Assembly (NCBI GenBank): GCA_902620425.1
Contig: CACNHX010000002.1
Span: 4,804-68,803, forward strand
DNA: 64,000 nt
DNA from: an uncultured Alphaproteobacteria bacterium
GTDB lineage: Bacteria > Pseudomonadota > Alphaproteobacteria > HIMB59 > GCA-002718135
Direction: 5' to 3'
This document shows, one piece after another, positions 19,132 to 29,120 of the stretch (its first letter is position 1; each line of letters starts with the position of its first letter). Position numbers and translations under genes: made by a program. The notes beneath the pieces are model-generated. The model was not told the origin of the DNA, searched no databases, and saw only the letters and a list, made by a program, of their open reading frames with translations.

Positions 19132-19751
19132 GGTTTAGGGATTTCATAAGATTCGCCTACAGAATTATATCCTTTAATAACTGCAGGTCTTGTTGATATT
19201 TGTTTATACCATCTCAACACATTTGGATAATCATGCAAATTTATTTGATGCCTTTCATAACGAGCTGTCCAAGGCCAAATTGAAATATCAGCTATTGAAT
19301 AGTTATCTGAAAAATATTCTTGTTTAGAAAGTCTTTTATCCAAAATTGAATATATATGTTGTGCATAGCCTTTTGTTTTATCTTCTGCAAATTTGCTTTT
19401 ACCAGGATGATAAAACAAATATTGATGAGCCTGGCCTAGCATTGGCCCAACGTAAGCCATTTGAAAAAAAACCCATTGTATTATTTCCCAATACTTATCT
19501 TTATCTAGAAACTTATCATATTTTTTTGCCAGATATAGAAGGATAGCCCCGGATTCGAACACTGTTTGGTTGTTATCATTATCTACAATTACAGGAATTT
19601 TATTTGCAGGAGATATTTTTGAAAACTCTTCACTAAACTGCTCTTTTTTATCTAAATTTATTAAAATCGGATTAAAATTTACATCTAATTCTTCAAGCAT
19701 AATGCTAATTTTTCGACCATTAGGGGTAGGTGATGAATACAAATCAATCAT
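19128..19751 (-). CDS. Glutathione S-transferase, YfcG/YghU (Nu-class)-like
   Basis: PTPNGRKI, KIPVI, FESGAILLYLA, GPMLGQ, YSIADI. Confidence 0.9.
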   Translation of the reverse strand: MIDLYSSPTPNGRKISIMLEELDVNFNPILINLDKKEQFSEEFSKISPANKIPVIVDNDNNQTVFESGAILLYLAKKYDKFLDKDKYWEIIQWVFFQMAYVGPMLGQAHQYLFYHPGKSKFAEDKTKGYAQHIYSILDKRLSKQEYFSDNYSIADISIWPWTARYERHQINLHDYPNVLRWYKQISTRPAVIKGYNSVGESYEIPKP

Positions 19752-19791
19752 TTTTTTTAGAATTTAATTAAAAGAGAACTATATTCATAAT

Positions 19792-20025
19792 ATGCAGGAG
19801 AATATAGATAATATTATTAAATTAGCCTGGTGCGATAAAACCTCTTTTGAAAAAATAAAAAGAATTCACGGTGCAACCGAATCTGAGGTTATAAAAATAA
19901 TGAGAACAAATCTGAAACCTAGATCATTTAAGTTATGGAGAACTAGAGTAACAGGGAGAACGAGAAAGCATGAAAAGAAAAGAAATCTATCCGAAAAATC
20001 ATTTAAATATGAGAGTTATCTCTAA
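19792..20025 (+). CDS. TIGR03643/DUF2805-like small protein
   Basis: AW.DKTSFE.I, E.EVIKIMR..LKP.SFKLWR.RV.GR..KH pattern. Confidence 0.8.
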   Translation: MQENIDNIIKLAWCDKTSFEKIKRIHGATESEVIKIMRTNLKPRSFKLWRTRVTGRTRKHEKKRNLSEKSFKYESYL

Positions 20026-20563
20026 AATATTAATTGTCAGTATAAGCCTTTTGTTTGCTAGCAAGATAGCGTTAGCAGATCAAAATGATCCACGGCTAAA
20101 TAATTTGTTCAAAAAATTAAATGAGACTGAAAATCAGGATGAGATAAGAGATTTGATATCTGATATTTGGAATATATGGTATGAAGTTGATGATCCAAAA
20201 GTAATTGAATATTTTGAGAAGGGTATTCAAGCTATGAATTTAAGAAATTATCCACTAGCAATTAGATTTTTTAATAATTTAATTGAAGAAGATCCTAATT
20301 TTGCAGAAGGTTGGAATAAAAGGGCTACAGTTCACTTTATGATGGGTAATTTTGATCAATCTATGCAAGACATCATTAAAACTCTTGAATTAGAACCAAG
20401 ACATTTTGGTGCTCTAGATGGAATGGGTTTAATTTTTATTCATCAGGGTCAGTTTCAACAGGCAATTGATGTATATGACAAGATGTTAGAGATTTTTCCT
20501 TTTAGTGTAAAAACTATGGATAAAAAAGAGAGAATACAATCGTTTATTTCTCAATCTACGTAA
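20009..20563 (+). CDS. Secreted tetratricopeptide-repeat protein
   Basis: Signal peptide; PNFAEGWNKRAT and LELEPRHFGAL.G.G TPR motifs. Confidence 0.85.
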   Translation: MRVISKILIVSISLLFASKIALADQNDPRLNNLFKKLNETENQDEIRDLISDIWNIWYEVDDPKVIEYFEKGIQAMNLRNYPLAIRFFNNLIEEDPNFAEGWNKRATVHFMMGNFDQSMQDIIKTLELEPRHFGALDGMGLIFIHQGQFQQAIDVYDKMLEIFPFSVKTMDKKERIQSFISQST

Positions 20564-21494
20564 TATCAAAAAATACTAATAATAAAGACAGTGTAAAAAA
20601 ACTAACAAACGTACTTAATACTACATTGGAAGAAACTACAGCTTTTAGTGAGTTATATCTGTATGCAAAATAATATGACTGAGACCCACTTGGTAAAGCT
20701 GCGGCCATAGTAACAATAATTACCAAGAGACTATCAAGCTCTAATATAAATTGTGCTAAACAAAATGCAATTATAGGGTGAATGAAATTTTTTAAGATAG
20801 TTAATAGTATTGCACTATAAATATTTTCTCTAATTTTAAAATTTCCTAACGCAAGACCTAAAGAAATGAGAACCATTGGAAGAGCAAGGTTTACAAAAAT
20901 ATCTAAGGGCTCTTTCAGAATAGATGGAACAATAAGATTAGAGTAATTAAGAATGATACCAATAATCATTGCAAAAAGTACAATATTTTTAATTATACCT
21001 AATAATATTTGATAAAAAATTTCGACAATGCTTTTTTGTCTATTTCTATAAACTTCTATTATAATAACAGTATAGCTAAAATGAACAAAACCATGAAAAA
21101 AAACTAATATCATATAAGGAATTGTATTTATTGGACCCAAAACTGCATACATAAGAGGTATTCCCATTGCTACTGTGTTACCAAAACAAGCAGCTAATCC
21201 AAATAGTGCAGAGTCATCTGTTTTAAAATTTAAAAATTGTTTGCTAATTAAAAATCCAGTCATTGATATAAAAATTCCTGAAGCAAAAAATGAGATGATC
21301 AGACCAATAGAATTAATTTGAGGAAATGAGACTTGCCAAAAATATATAATTAAAGCTAAAGGCAGAAGAATGTTAAAACCTGTAAAATCAAAATAATCAA
21401 TATATTTTTTTGGTAGTATTTGTAACTTATTTACAAAAAATCCAAAAAGGATATATCCAAACACACTGCTAACTATATTTAATAAGTCAATCAT
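20556..21494 (-). CDS. AEC (auxin efflux carrier/malate permease)-family transporter
   Basis: LPLAL, FGN...MGIP, LISLG, K..IHP, AALPSG; about 10 TM segments. Confidence 0.85.
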   Translation of the reverse strand: MIDLLNIVSSVFGYILFGFFVNKLQILPKKYIDYFDFTGFNILLPLALIIYFWQVSFPQINSIGLIISFFASGIFISMTGFLISKQFLNFKTDDSALFGLAACFGNTVAMGIPLMYAVLGPINTIPYMILVFFHGFVHFSYTVIIIEVYRNRQKSIVEIFYQILLGIIKNIVLFAMIIGIILNYSNLIVPSILKEPLDIFVNLALPMVLISLGLALGNFKIRENIYSAILLTILKNFIHPIIAFCLAQFILELDSLLVIIVTMAAALPSGSQSYYFAYRYNSLKAVVSSNVVLSTFVSFFTLSLLLVFFDIT

Positions 21495-22365
21495 TTAAAT
21501 CAAAAAAATTATTTAAAAATTGAATGACACTTTCTTCAATTATATTACTTTCATTTGAGTTTGAATTTTGAAAAAATTTTGAATTTTCATCAAAACTTAT
21601 ATTAGGATTATTTAAGTTTCCTTTAATCAAAGTAGTTAAATATATTTCATTATTTTGAGATAAGTTTAAAATAATATCTATAAAATTATTACTGTAATTG
21701 TATTCTCCTTTTATAAGAATTCTATTGTTTTTATTACTAATTTCTATTTTGTTAGTTTCTAAAATATTCTTATTTTTATTTATTTCGCCTTTAAAATTAG
21801 AACTTTCATTACCAAAAGCATTTATTAATTCAGAAAATGCAAATTTTTGATTTTTTTGATTTTCTAATTTTTCAAAGAATAATTTTAAAAATGAAATAAG
21901 AAATTTTTCTTCATTAGTTGTTTCTAAAAATATTTTTCCATTAATTTTATAAATTGAGTCAAATAAATTTTCTAAATTATCACTATATTTAAGATAATTC
22001 TCAATATAATTTACTTTTCCATTAATATTCACTTCACTAAAATTAATATTATTAATATTCAAATTATCAATTAGAATATCTAAATTTCCTGAAACTTGAA
22101 ATACGGGCTGAGAAATATGAATTCTAATATTATCAAAGTATAAATTATTTTTGTAATCTTTAATTTCTAAGTTTGTGTTAAGCTTTATAATTGGAAAAAT
22201 ATTGATTTTAGTTTTATTTTTTTCATTAATTTTAATTTCTAATTTCTTCTCGATATCACTAATTATTTTTTCTTTTTCAAAATTATTTAGAAAAATATAA
22301 ATAAAGATAGATAAAATTATTAATATAATTACTACTATAGAAAAAAATAATTTAATTTTTTTCAT
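21487..22365 (-). CDS. Hypothetical membrane-anchored protein, AsmA-like
   Basis: N-terminal TM followed by an AsmA-like start (..INIFP.I.L) and C-terminal IKGNLNNP.I; strongly Asn/Ile/Lys biased. Confidence 0.5.
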   Translation of the reverse strand: MKKIKLFFSIVVIILIILSIFIYIFLNNFEKEKIISDIEKKLEIKINEKNKTKINIFPIIKLNTNLEIKDYKNNLYFDNIRIHISQPVFQVSGNLDILIDNLNINNINFSEVNINGKVNYIENYLKYSDNLENLFDSIYKINGKIFLETTNEEKFLISFLKLFFEKLENQKNQKFAFSELINAFGNESSNFKGEINKNKNILETNKIEISNKNNRILIKGEYNYSNNFIDIILNLSQNNEIYLTTLIKGNLNNPNISFDENSKFFQNSNSNESNIIEESVIQFLNNFFDLND

Positions 22366-22383
22366 AAATTAAATCGTAAAAAA

Positions 22384-24831
22384 CTATATTTTTGTAAAAT
22401 TATTTTCAGGATCATGCAATGGATTAAATTGAACAGACATAACATATTTATTTTTAGCAACTTCAACTTCAAAATTGCTGCCATTTAATTTTTTTAAATC
22501 TATTTCTGAATCTATATATCCAAAGACCATATTTTTATTATAACAAAATGAATAATTGCTAGAAGTTGTTTCTCCCACAATTTTATTTTTATAATAAATA
22601 GGCTCATCATGTAATAAGAGAGGATTTCCTGGCGTAGATTTTTCTAAAACAAAATTTGTTAGTTGTTTCTTTTTAATTCTATTTTTTGTTTTTAAAGCTT
22701 CTTTACCTATAAAATCTGTTTTTTTATTTAATTTAACAGTTAATTCTAATCCAGCTTCAAAAGGGTTTTCAGCTGGAGAAATATCATGACCCCAATGCAA
22801 ATATCCCTTTTCCATTCTCATGATATCTAGTGCATGCGCACCAGCATGTGAAAGGTTATATTTTTCTCCAACTTTAACTAACTCTAAATAAATTTCTCTA
22901 GATATATTTATAGGAACATAAATTTCCCAACCAAGTTCACCAACAAAAGATAATCTTTGGAAGATTAATTTATTATTTTTCAGTGATATATCTTTAGCAG
23001 TTCCAAATTTAAACTTGTCGTTTGAAAAATGTTTCCCAAATATTTCTGTTAGAATTTCTCTACTTTTAGGACCAAAAATACCAAAGCAAGCTAAACTTTC
23101 AGTGATATCAATTAAAGTTGTGTTTTTACTTAAATTTTCTGAAATATGTTTTTTATCATGTTCTCTCACAGATGAACCCGTTACAATACGAAAAGAATTA
23201 GTATTAATACAAGTAACTGTTAAATCGGCAACAATGCCACCATTTGAATTAAGCATTTGGGTATAAGTTGTGTGACCGGGATAATTTTTAATATTATTAC
23301 AACATAATCGTTGAAGATCGTTGAAGGCAGTGTTTCCCTTAATTTCAAATTTTGCAAAGGCACTTAAGTCAAATAAACCAGCGTTTTTTCTTGTGTTTAT
23401 TGTTTCATACTTTGCTGCATCATACCAATTTTGATAGCCATAACTATACTCATATTCTGGTTTCTTACCATTTATAGCATACCACATTGGTCTTTCAAAA
23501 CCGGCCACTTGACCAAAGCATGCCCCTTCTTTTTTCAAATCATTATGAAAAGGAAGTAGTTTAATATTTCTCGAAGATTTATGTTGTTTGTAAGGCCAGT
23601 GCATTGCATATAAATCTCCTAATGACTCAGTAACTCTTTCAGTTATAAATTTTGTCTCAGAGTGAAATTTTTCAAATCTTGAAATATCTAAGGAGTAAAG
23701 ATCATCATTAATCTCACCGTTCATCATCCATTCTGCAGTTACCTTACCTGCACCACCAGCACTCTGAATACCAATACTATTAAATCCACAACAAACATAA
23801 AAGTTTTTTATTTCTGGTGTTTCTCCTAAAAGATAATTTGTATCTGGAGTAAAAGCTTCAGGACCGTTAAAGAATTTTCTTATACCTACATTTTCAAGCG
23901 CTGGTATTCTTTTCATAGCATTTTTTAAATGTGGTTCAAAATGATCAAAATCTTCAGGTAGTTCTCCAAAAGAAAAATTATTGGGCACTTTATACGTATC
24001 AGTAAATGCAGGTTTAGCTTTAGGCTCAAAAATTCCTACTAAAATTTTTCCCGCATCCTCTTTTAGATATAAGCAATTATTGTAATCTCTAAGAACTGGA
24101 AGTGATTTAGAAATTTCTTTTAATGGCTCACTTAATATATAGAAGTGTTCATTTGGATATAGCGGTATACTAACGTTAATATCATTTGCTATCTGCCTAG
24201 ACCACATTCCAGATGCTAGAACAATATACTCACATTTAATTTTTCCATGTTTTGTATCTACACCTTCTATTGATCCATTTTTAGTAAGGATTTTATTTAC
24301 AGAACAATGTTCAAATATTTGAGCACCATACATTTTTGCCGATTTAGCAAGAACATTTGTTATACCAACAGGATCTGCTTGACCATCTTTTGGAATAAAT
24401 ATTCCACCAACAACATCATCAGTATTTATAAGAGAATAAATATCCTTAATCTGATTTTTTTCTAATTCATTAACTTCTATATTAAATCTTTGAGCAAAAG
24501 TAGCTTGCCTTTTTAATTCTTCTAATCGATCATTAGTTGTTGCAATAGTTAAAGAGCCGTTTTGCTTTAAACCTGTTGCTAATCCTGTTTCTTTTTCCAG
24601 GTCTTTATATAAATTTAACGAATAATTTCTAAGTTTTGTAATGGTTGCTGATGCACCAATCTGACCAATCAGTCCTGCTGCATGCCAAGTAGTTCCAGAA
24701 GTTAATTGATCTCTTTCTAGCAAGATCACATCTTTCCATCCAAATTTTGCTAAATGATAAGCTACAGAACATCCAGCTATACCACCGCCTATTACAACTA
24801 CTTTTGCAGAAGTAGGAATTTTATTACTCAT
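22384..24831 (-). CDS. GcvT-family FAD-dependent dehydrogenase (dimethylglycine/sarcosine dehydrogenase-like)
   Basis: GGGIAG FAD motif, SGTTWHAAG (covalent-FAD His), NGPEAFTPD, C-terminal GcvT folate domain (SFVGELGWE, RMEKGY). Confidence 0.9.
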   Translation of the reverse strand: MSNKIPTSAKVVVIGGGIAGCSVAYHLAKFGWKDVILLERDQLTSGTTWHAAGLIGQIGASATITKLRNYSLNLYKDLEKETGLATGLKQNGSLTIATTNDRLEELKRQATFAQRFNIEVNELEKNQIKDIYSLINTDDVVGGIFIPKDGQADPVGITNVLAKSAKMYGAQIFEHCSVNKILTKNGSIEGVDTKHGKIKCEYIVLASGMWSRQIANDINVSIPLYPNEHFYILSEPLKEISKSLPVLRDYNNCLYLKEDAGKILVGIFEPKAKPAFTDTYKVPNNFSFGELPEDFDHFEPHLKNAMKRIPALENVGIRKFFNGPEAFTPDTNYLLGETPEIKNFYVCCGFNSIGIQSAGGAGKVTAEWMMNGEINDDLYSLDISRFEKFHSETKFITERVTESLGDLYAMHWPYKQHKSSRNIKLLPFHNDLKKEGACFGQVAGFERPMWYAINGKKPEYEYSYGYQNWYDAAKYETINTRKNAGLFDLSAFAKFEIKGNTAFNDLQRLCCNNIKNYPGHTTYTQMLNSNGGIVADLTVTCINTNSFRIVTGSSVREHDKKHISENLSKNTTLIDITESLACFGIFGPKSREILTEIFGKHFSNDKFKFGTAKDISLKNNKLIFQRLSFVGELGWEIYVPINISREIYLELVKVGEKYNLSHAGAHALDIMRMEKGYLHWGHDISPAENPFEAGLELTVKLNKKTDFIGKEALKTKNRIKKKQLTNFVLEKSTPGNPLLLHDEPIYYKNKIVGETTSSNYSFCYNKNMVFGYIDSEIDLKKLNGSNFEVEVAKNKYVMSVQFNPLHDPENNFTKI

Positions 24832-24839
24832 TTGTAATA

Positions 24840-25844
24840 TTATAGATAAAGATTTTCAGTATGAGTTTCAAAATAAAAATCTAGATCTTCTATGTTTATT
24901 TCATTTATTGTTGATGGTTCCCAAATAGGATTATGATCTTTTGAAATTAGCACTGAATTTACACCATTATCAAAGTCACTACGGTATACTATTTTTTGAC
25001 TTAATTGAAATTCAGTTTCTAAACATTCTTTTAACGATTTACCTTTTGCATCATCTATAAGTTTAGTGCTTATCGCAAGACTCATTGGACATTTAACTAA
25101 AAGAATATCTAAAATTTTTTTTGAAAACTCTGAGTTATGACTTTTTAAATTTGATATAATTGTTTGAATATTTCCATTGAATAGTTCATTTATTAAATTC
25201 ATATTTTTAATTAGATATGTATCATTCTTTACTTCAAAATTATCGTGTGAAATTTCTCCTCTTGAAATAAATTTTTCTTTAACATCTTCTATTTTATTAC
25301 TTTTAAAGTAGTGAGTTGATAATCCGAAAAAAATTAATTCATTTAACCCTAAAACCTCACCCGTTAAACCAATATACTTACCAATGTTACCTGGAAGATT
25401 TGATAAAAAATAACTTCCGCCAACATCTGGAAAAAAGCCAATTGCAGATTCTGGCATTGCAAATTTTGAATTGTCTGTTGCCAATCTGTGATCACCATAG
25501 ATTGATAAACCAACCCCACCTCCCATCACTAAACCATTCCAAATTGAAAGAAATTCTTTACTAAATTGGCTTATTAAATAATTAAGTTTATATTCAATTC
25601 TAAAAAAATCATGTTTTAAAGAGTTTTCTTTTCCTGCAAGAACAAGAGATTTTACATCACCTCCTGCACAAAAATGTTTACCTTCTCCAACTAACAATAC
25701 TCTTAAGATATTATCTTTTTCTTCCCATTCTAATAATTTGTCATGGAATTTTTTTGCCATTTCTAAATTTAGAGCATTTAAAGCTTTAGGACGATTTAGT
25801 TTAACAATTCCAGTTTGGTTAGTTTCTGAAAATACAATATCCAT
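24840..25844 (-). CDS. 3-hydroxyisobutyryl-CoA hydrolase-like (enoyl-CoA hydratase family)
   Basis: LNRPKALNAL, FCAGGD, MGGGVG, AMPE.AIGFFPDVG. Confidence 0.9.
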   Translation of the reverse strand: MDIVFSETNQTGIVKLNRPKALNALNLEMAKKFHDKLLEWEEKDNILRVLLVGEGKHFCAGGDVKSLVLAGKENSLKHDFFRIEYKLNYLISQFSKEFLSIWNGLVMGGGVGLSIYGDHRLATDNSKFAMPESAIGFFPDVGGSYFLSNLPGNIGKYIGLTGEVLGLNELIFFGLSTHYFKSNKIEDVKEKFISRGEISHDNFEVKNDTYLIKNMNLINELFNGNIQTIISNLKSHNSEFSKKILDILLVKCPMSLAISTKLIDDAKGKSLKECLETEFQLSQKIVYRSDFDNGVNSVLISKDHNPIWEPSTINEINIEDLDFYFETHTENLYL

Positions 25845-27898
25845 TAATTCTTTTTAAACTGCAAAACTTTATTAGAAAGACCCACTTCTTTTGCCTTTAA
25901 TCTATTAATTTCATCTCGTAATCTAGCTGCATCTTCAAATTCAAGTTTTGAAGCAAATTCATTCATTTTTTTCTCTAAATTTTTAATATGTTTATTAAGA
26001 TCCTTACCAACTAATTCTTTAGCATTATCAATTTCAACTGTAACATGATCTTGTTCAGCTGTGTTCTCAATTATTTCTTGAATATTCTTTTTAATACTGA
26101 TTGGCGTAATTTTATTTATTTTGTTATATTCTAGTTGTTTTGTTCGTCTTCTATCTGTCTCTTCAATAGCTTCTTTCATACTAGTGGTAATGTTATCAGC
26201 GTACATTAAGACTTTACTCTCAACATTTCTTGCAGCCCTACCAATAGTCTGAATTAAACTAGTTCTAGAACGAAGGTAACCTTCCTTATCAGCATCTAAT
26301 ATAGCCATTAAAGCACATTCAGGAATATCTAAACCTTCTCTAAGAAGATTTATTCCTACTAAAACATTAAAAACTCCTAGTCTTAGATCTCTGATAATTT
26401 CTATTCTTTCTAATGTATCGATATCAGAGTGAAGATACCTTACCTTTAATCCTTCTTCATTGATATATTCAGTAAGATCTTCGGCCATTTTTTTTGTAAG
26501 TGTTGTGATTAGAACACGATGACCTTTATCTATAGTCTTTTTACATTCATCAATTAAGTTATCAATTTGATGTTTAGTTGGTCTTATCTCTATAGGTGGA
26601 TCAATTAAACCTGTTGGTCTAATTACTTGTTCAACAAAGGTGCCACCTGTCTTTTCTAGTTCATAATCTCCTGGTGTTGCACTTACAAATATAGTTTGTG
26701 GACGCATTGCATCCCATTCTTCTCTTTTTAAAGGTCTGTTATCAACACAACTTGGTAGTCTAAAACCATATTGAGCTAAAGTTGATTTTCTAGAAAAATC
26801 ACCTTTGTACATTCCTGCTATTTGACCACACGTCTGATGGCTTTCATCTATAAACAATAAAGAGTCTTCTGGAATATATTCATAAAGTGTAGGAGGAGGC
26901 TCTCCCGGTTGTCTTCCTGACAAATATCTAGAATAATTTTCAATACCACTACAACTTCCAGTAGTTTCCATCATTTCTAAGTCAAATGTAGTTCTCTCAT
27001 CCAACCTTTGTCTTTCTAAGTATTTTCTTTCTTTTTCAAAAATCTCTAATTGTTTTTTCAGATCATTTTTAATCATTGTAATTGCTTTTTTTATTGTTGG
27101 CTTTGGGGTTACATAATGAGAGTTTGCAAAAATTCTTATTTGTTCAAGTTCTGCGAGCTTCTCTCCAGTAAGTGGGTCCACTTGTGTTATGCTCTCTATA
27201 TCATCTCCAAACATAGAAATTTTCCAAGAAATATCTTCATAGTGAGAAGGGAAAATTTCTAAAATATCTCCCTTTGCCCTAAAGCTACCTCTTCTAAAAT
27301 CCATGTCACGACGTTTGTATAAAAGTTCTACCAACTTTCTGATAATAATCTCTCTACTTATTGATTGATTTTTATCTAAAGTAAAAGACATTGAAGAATA
27401 AGCATCAACTGATCCAATACCATAAATACAAGAAACCGATGCTACTATGATTGTATCTCTTCTTTCCACTAAAGATCTAGTAGCTGAATGTCTTAGACGA
27501 TCAATTTGTTCGTTGATTGAAGATTCTTTTTCAATATATGTGTCTGTCCTTGGTACATATGCTTCTGGTGTGTAATAATCATAATAACTTACAAAATATT
27601 CAACAGCATTATTTGGAAACAAATTTTTCATTTCGCCATAAAGTTGTGCCGCTAATGTTTTGTTTGGAGCCATTATCAAAGTAGGTTTCTGGACTTTTTC
27701 AATTACTTTAGCCATTGTAAATGTCTTACCTGATCCAGTGACACCTAAAAGAACTTGTTCTTGTTCTCCCTCATTTAGACTTTTAACAATACTTTTAATT
27801 GCTTCAGGCTGATCACCACTTGGATTAAAATCACTCACAATTTTAAAAGGTGTTGTGATTTCGGAAGAGAGATGATGTTTTTTTTCTGCTTTATTCAT
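25844..27898 (-). CDS. uvrB: Excinuclease ABC subunit B
   Basis: GDQP, GVTGSGKT, NKTLAAQL, YYDYY.PEAY, DESH, GINLLREGLD, C-terminal UVR domain. Confidence 0.97.
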   Translation of the reverse strand: MNKAEKKHHLSSEITTPFKIVSDFNPSGDQPEAIKSIVKSLNEGEQEQVLLGVTGSGKTFTMAKVIEKVQKPTLIMAPNKTLAAQLYGEMKNLFPNNAVEYFVSYYDYYTPEAYVPRTDTYIEKESSINEQIDRLRHSATRSLVERRDTIIVASVSCIYGIGSVDAYSSMSFTLDKNQSISREIIIRKLVELLYKRRDMDFRRGSFRAKGDILEIFPSHYEDISWKISMFGDDIESITQVDPLTGEKLAELEQIRIFANSHYVTPKPTIKKAITMIKNDLKKQLEIFEKERKYLERQRLDERTTFDLEMMETTGSCSGIENYSRYLSGRQPGEPPPTLYEYIPEDSLLFIDESHQTCGQIAGMYKGDFSRKSTLAQYGFRLPSCVDNRPLKREEWDAMRPQTIFVSATPGDYELEKTGGTFVEQVIRPTGLIDPPIEIRPTKHQIDNLIDECKKTIDKGHRVLITTLTKKMAEDLTEYINEEGLKVRYLHSDIDTLERIEIIRDLRLGVFNVLVGINLLREGLDIPECALMAILDADKEGYLRSRTSLIQTIGRAARNVESKVLMYADNITTSMKEAIEETDRRRTKQLEYNKINKITPISIKKNIQEIIENTAEQDHVTVEIDNAKELVGKDLNKHIKNLEKKMNEFASKLEFEDAARLRDEINRLKAKEVGLSNKVLQFKKN

Positions 27899-29120
27899 TA
27901 ATTCTAATATAATCATTAAGATAATTGTACTTTTCTAAAAAACTACCATCTGTTGTAATTGTTCCATTTAATATTCTTCCATCATCTTCTTTTAATAAAA
28001 AAGGAAGAACTTCGTTGATAATACCTTCACTAAATTCTGTACTTGAATCCCGTGGTAATTCAGATGGTAAATTATCAACTGCCATAACAGCAATTCCATC
28101 ATTATTTTCATCTATTTCTTTTAAATTATATCTTTCAATCCAATAATTTGGCTCCTCAATTGTTGTTGATCGTATTGTAGTTGGGACGGAGCCATTAATA
28201 TCACAAGTAATATCACCAACAATTTTTAGATTTTGTAAGTTTTTTAAGTCTTCATTTTCAAATATTTTTGGAGAAGATGGATCCCAGTAATGTGCGCTTA
28301 TAAGTATATTAGTTTCTTTTAAATATTGTAATGCAGAACTTGAATAATCTTGAGGATTATTAATAAAATGCTCAAGGTTAAAACTAGTGGATGAATTATT
28401 CGTAACATAATCTTTAGTTTCCAAATTACAAAAAATAGGCTGATCAAATTTTTTTTCTAAAAAGTCTTTTTTTGATACTGCTTTAATGTTTGTTTGATTC
28501 AAAAGCTCAATTACTCCTTTCGCAACTCTACCATCACCAGTTACTAGAATTTTAGTTTTAGGAAAATATAAATTTTTTAAATTTAATACCAATCTTTCAT
28601 AATCATCAATTTTATAGGCACTAGCAAGAGATTGTTTTCCAAGCACTCTAAGTAATAAATTTAATGTATTATAACAACCAACAATACCTGCAAATCTTCC
28701 AAAACCTAAACATCTTGTACCATTTTTACCTCTGATATTTTCATAATCAATCAAAGTAATTTTTTTATTCAAAATTGATAAGAGTAGGTCTTTCTTATGT
28801 TTTTCAATATTTTTTTGTTGTTTATTAATTTTAAAAGTGTGAGAAAAAAAAAGATATGTTCTATTATTAATTAAAATATCTGGATCAATTTCTTTAACTC
28901 CGAATATGATTGAGCATTCATTTAAATTTTCATTAATTTTAGCACCACATAATTCATATTCTTCATCAGCAAAACATCTACTATTTGATGGCTGAATAAT
29001 GAAATTAATATTCGGATTGCTTTCATTGTATTTTTTAATATGCTCTGGGACTAGAGGAGTTCTATTTTCATCATTTCTAGACTCTCTAACAATACCAATA
29101 TTGGTTAATTGATTATCCAT
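27891..29120 (-). CDS. Lysine-ketoglutarate reductase / saccharopine dehydrogenase (lysine-forming), AlaDh/PNT fold
   Basis: R.PL.P.H, IQPS..R, GVKE, FFSHT.K, LIDYE, FGRFAG, DITCD, MAVDNLP.ELP. Confidence 0.8.
   Translation of the reverse strand: MDNQLTNIGIVRESRNDENRTPLVPEHIKKYNESNPNINFIIQPSNSRCFADEEYELCGAKINENLNECSIIFGVKEIDPDILINNRTYLFFSHTFKINKQQKNIEKHKKDLLLSILNKKITLIDYENIRGKNGTRCLGFGRFAGIVGCYNTLNLLLRVLGKQSLASAYKIDDYERLVLNLKNLYFPKTKILVTGDGRVAKGVIELLNQTNIKAVSKKDFLEKKFDQPIFCNLETKDYVTNNSSTSFNLEHFINNPQDYSSSALQYLKETNILISAHYWDPSSPKIFENEDLKNLQNLKIVGDITCDINGSVPTTIRSTTIEEPNYWIERYNLKEIDENNDGIAVMAVDNLPSELPRDSSTEFSEGIINEVLPFLLKEDDGRILNGTITTDGSFLEKYNYLNDYIRINE

Noticed and set aside
22384-24831. DMSP demethylase DmdA or glycine cleavage T protein
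   Set aside because: 815 aa with an N-terminal FAD oxidase domain, which is the DMGDH/sarcosine dehydrogenase architecture rather than a stand-alone GcvT
27891-29120. Alanine dehydrogenase or an extra PntA
   Set aside because: It shares the fold, but the FFSHT.K, LIDYE and VDNLP.ELP motifs and the adjacent SDH indicate LKR; the true pntA is at 39099
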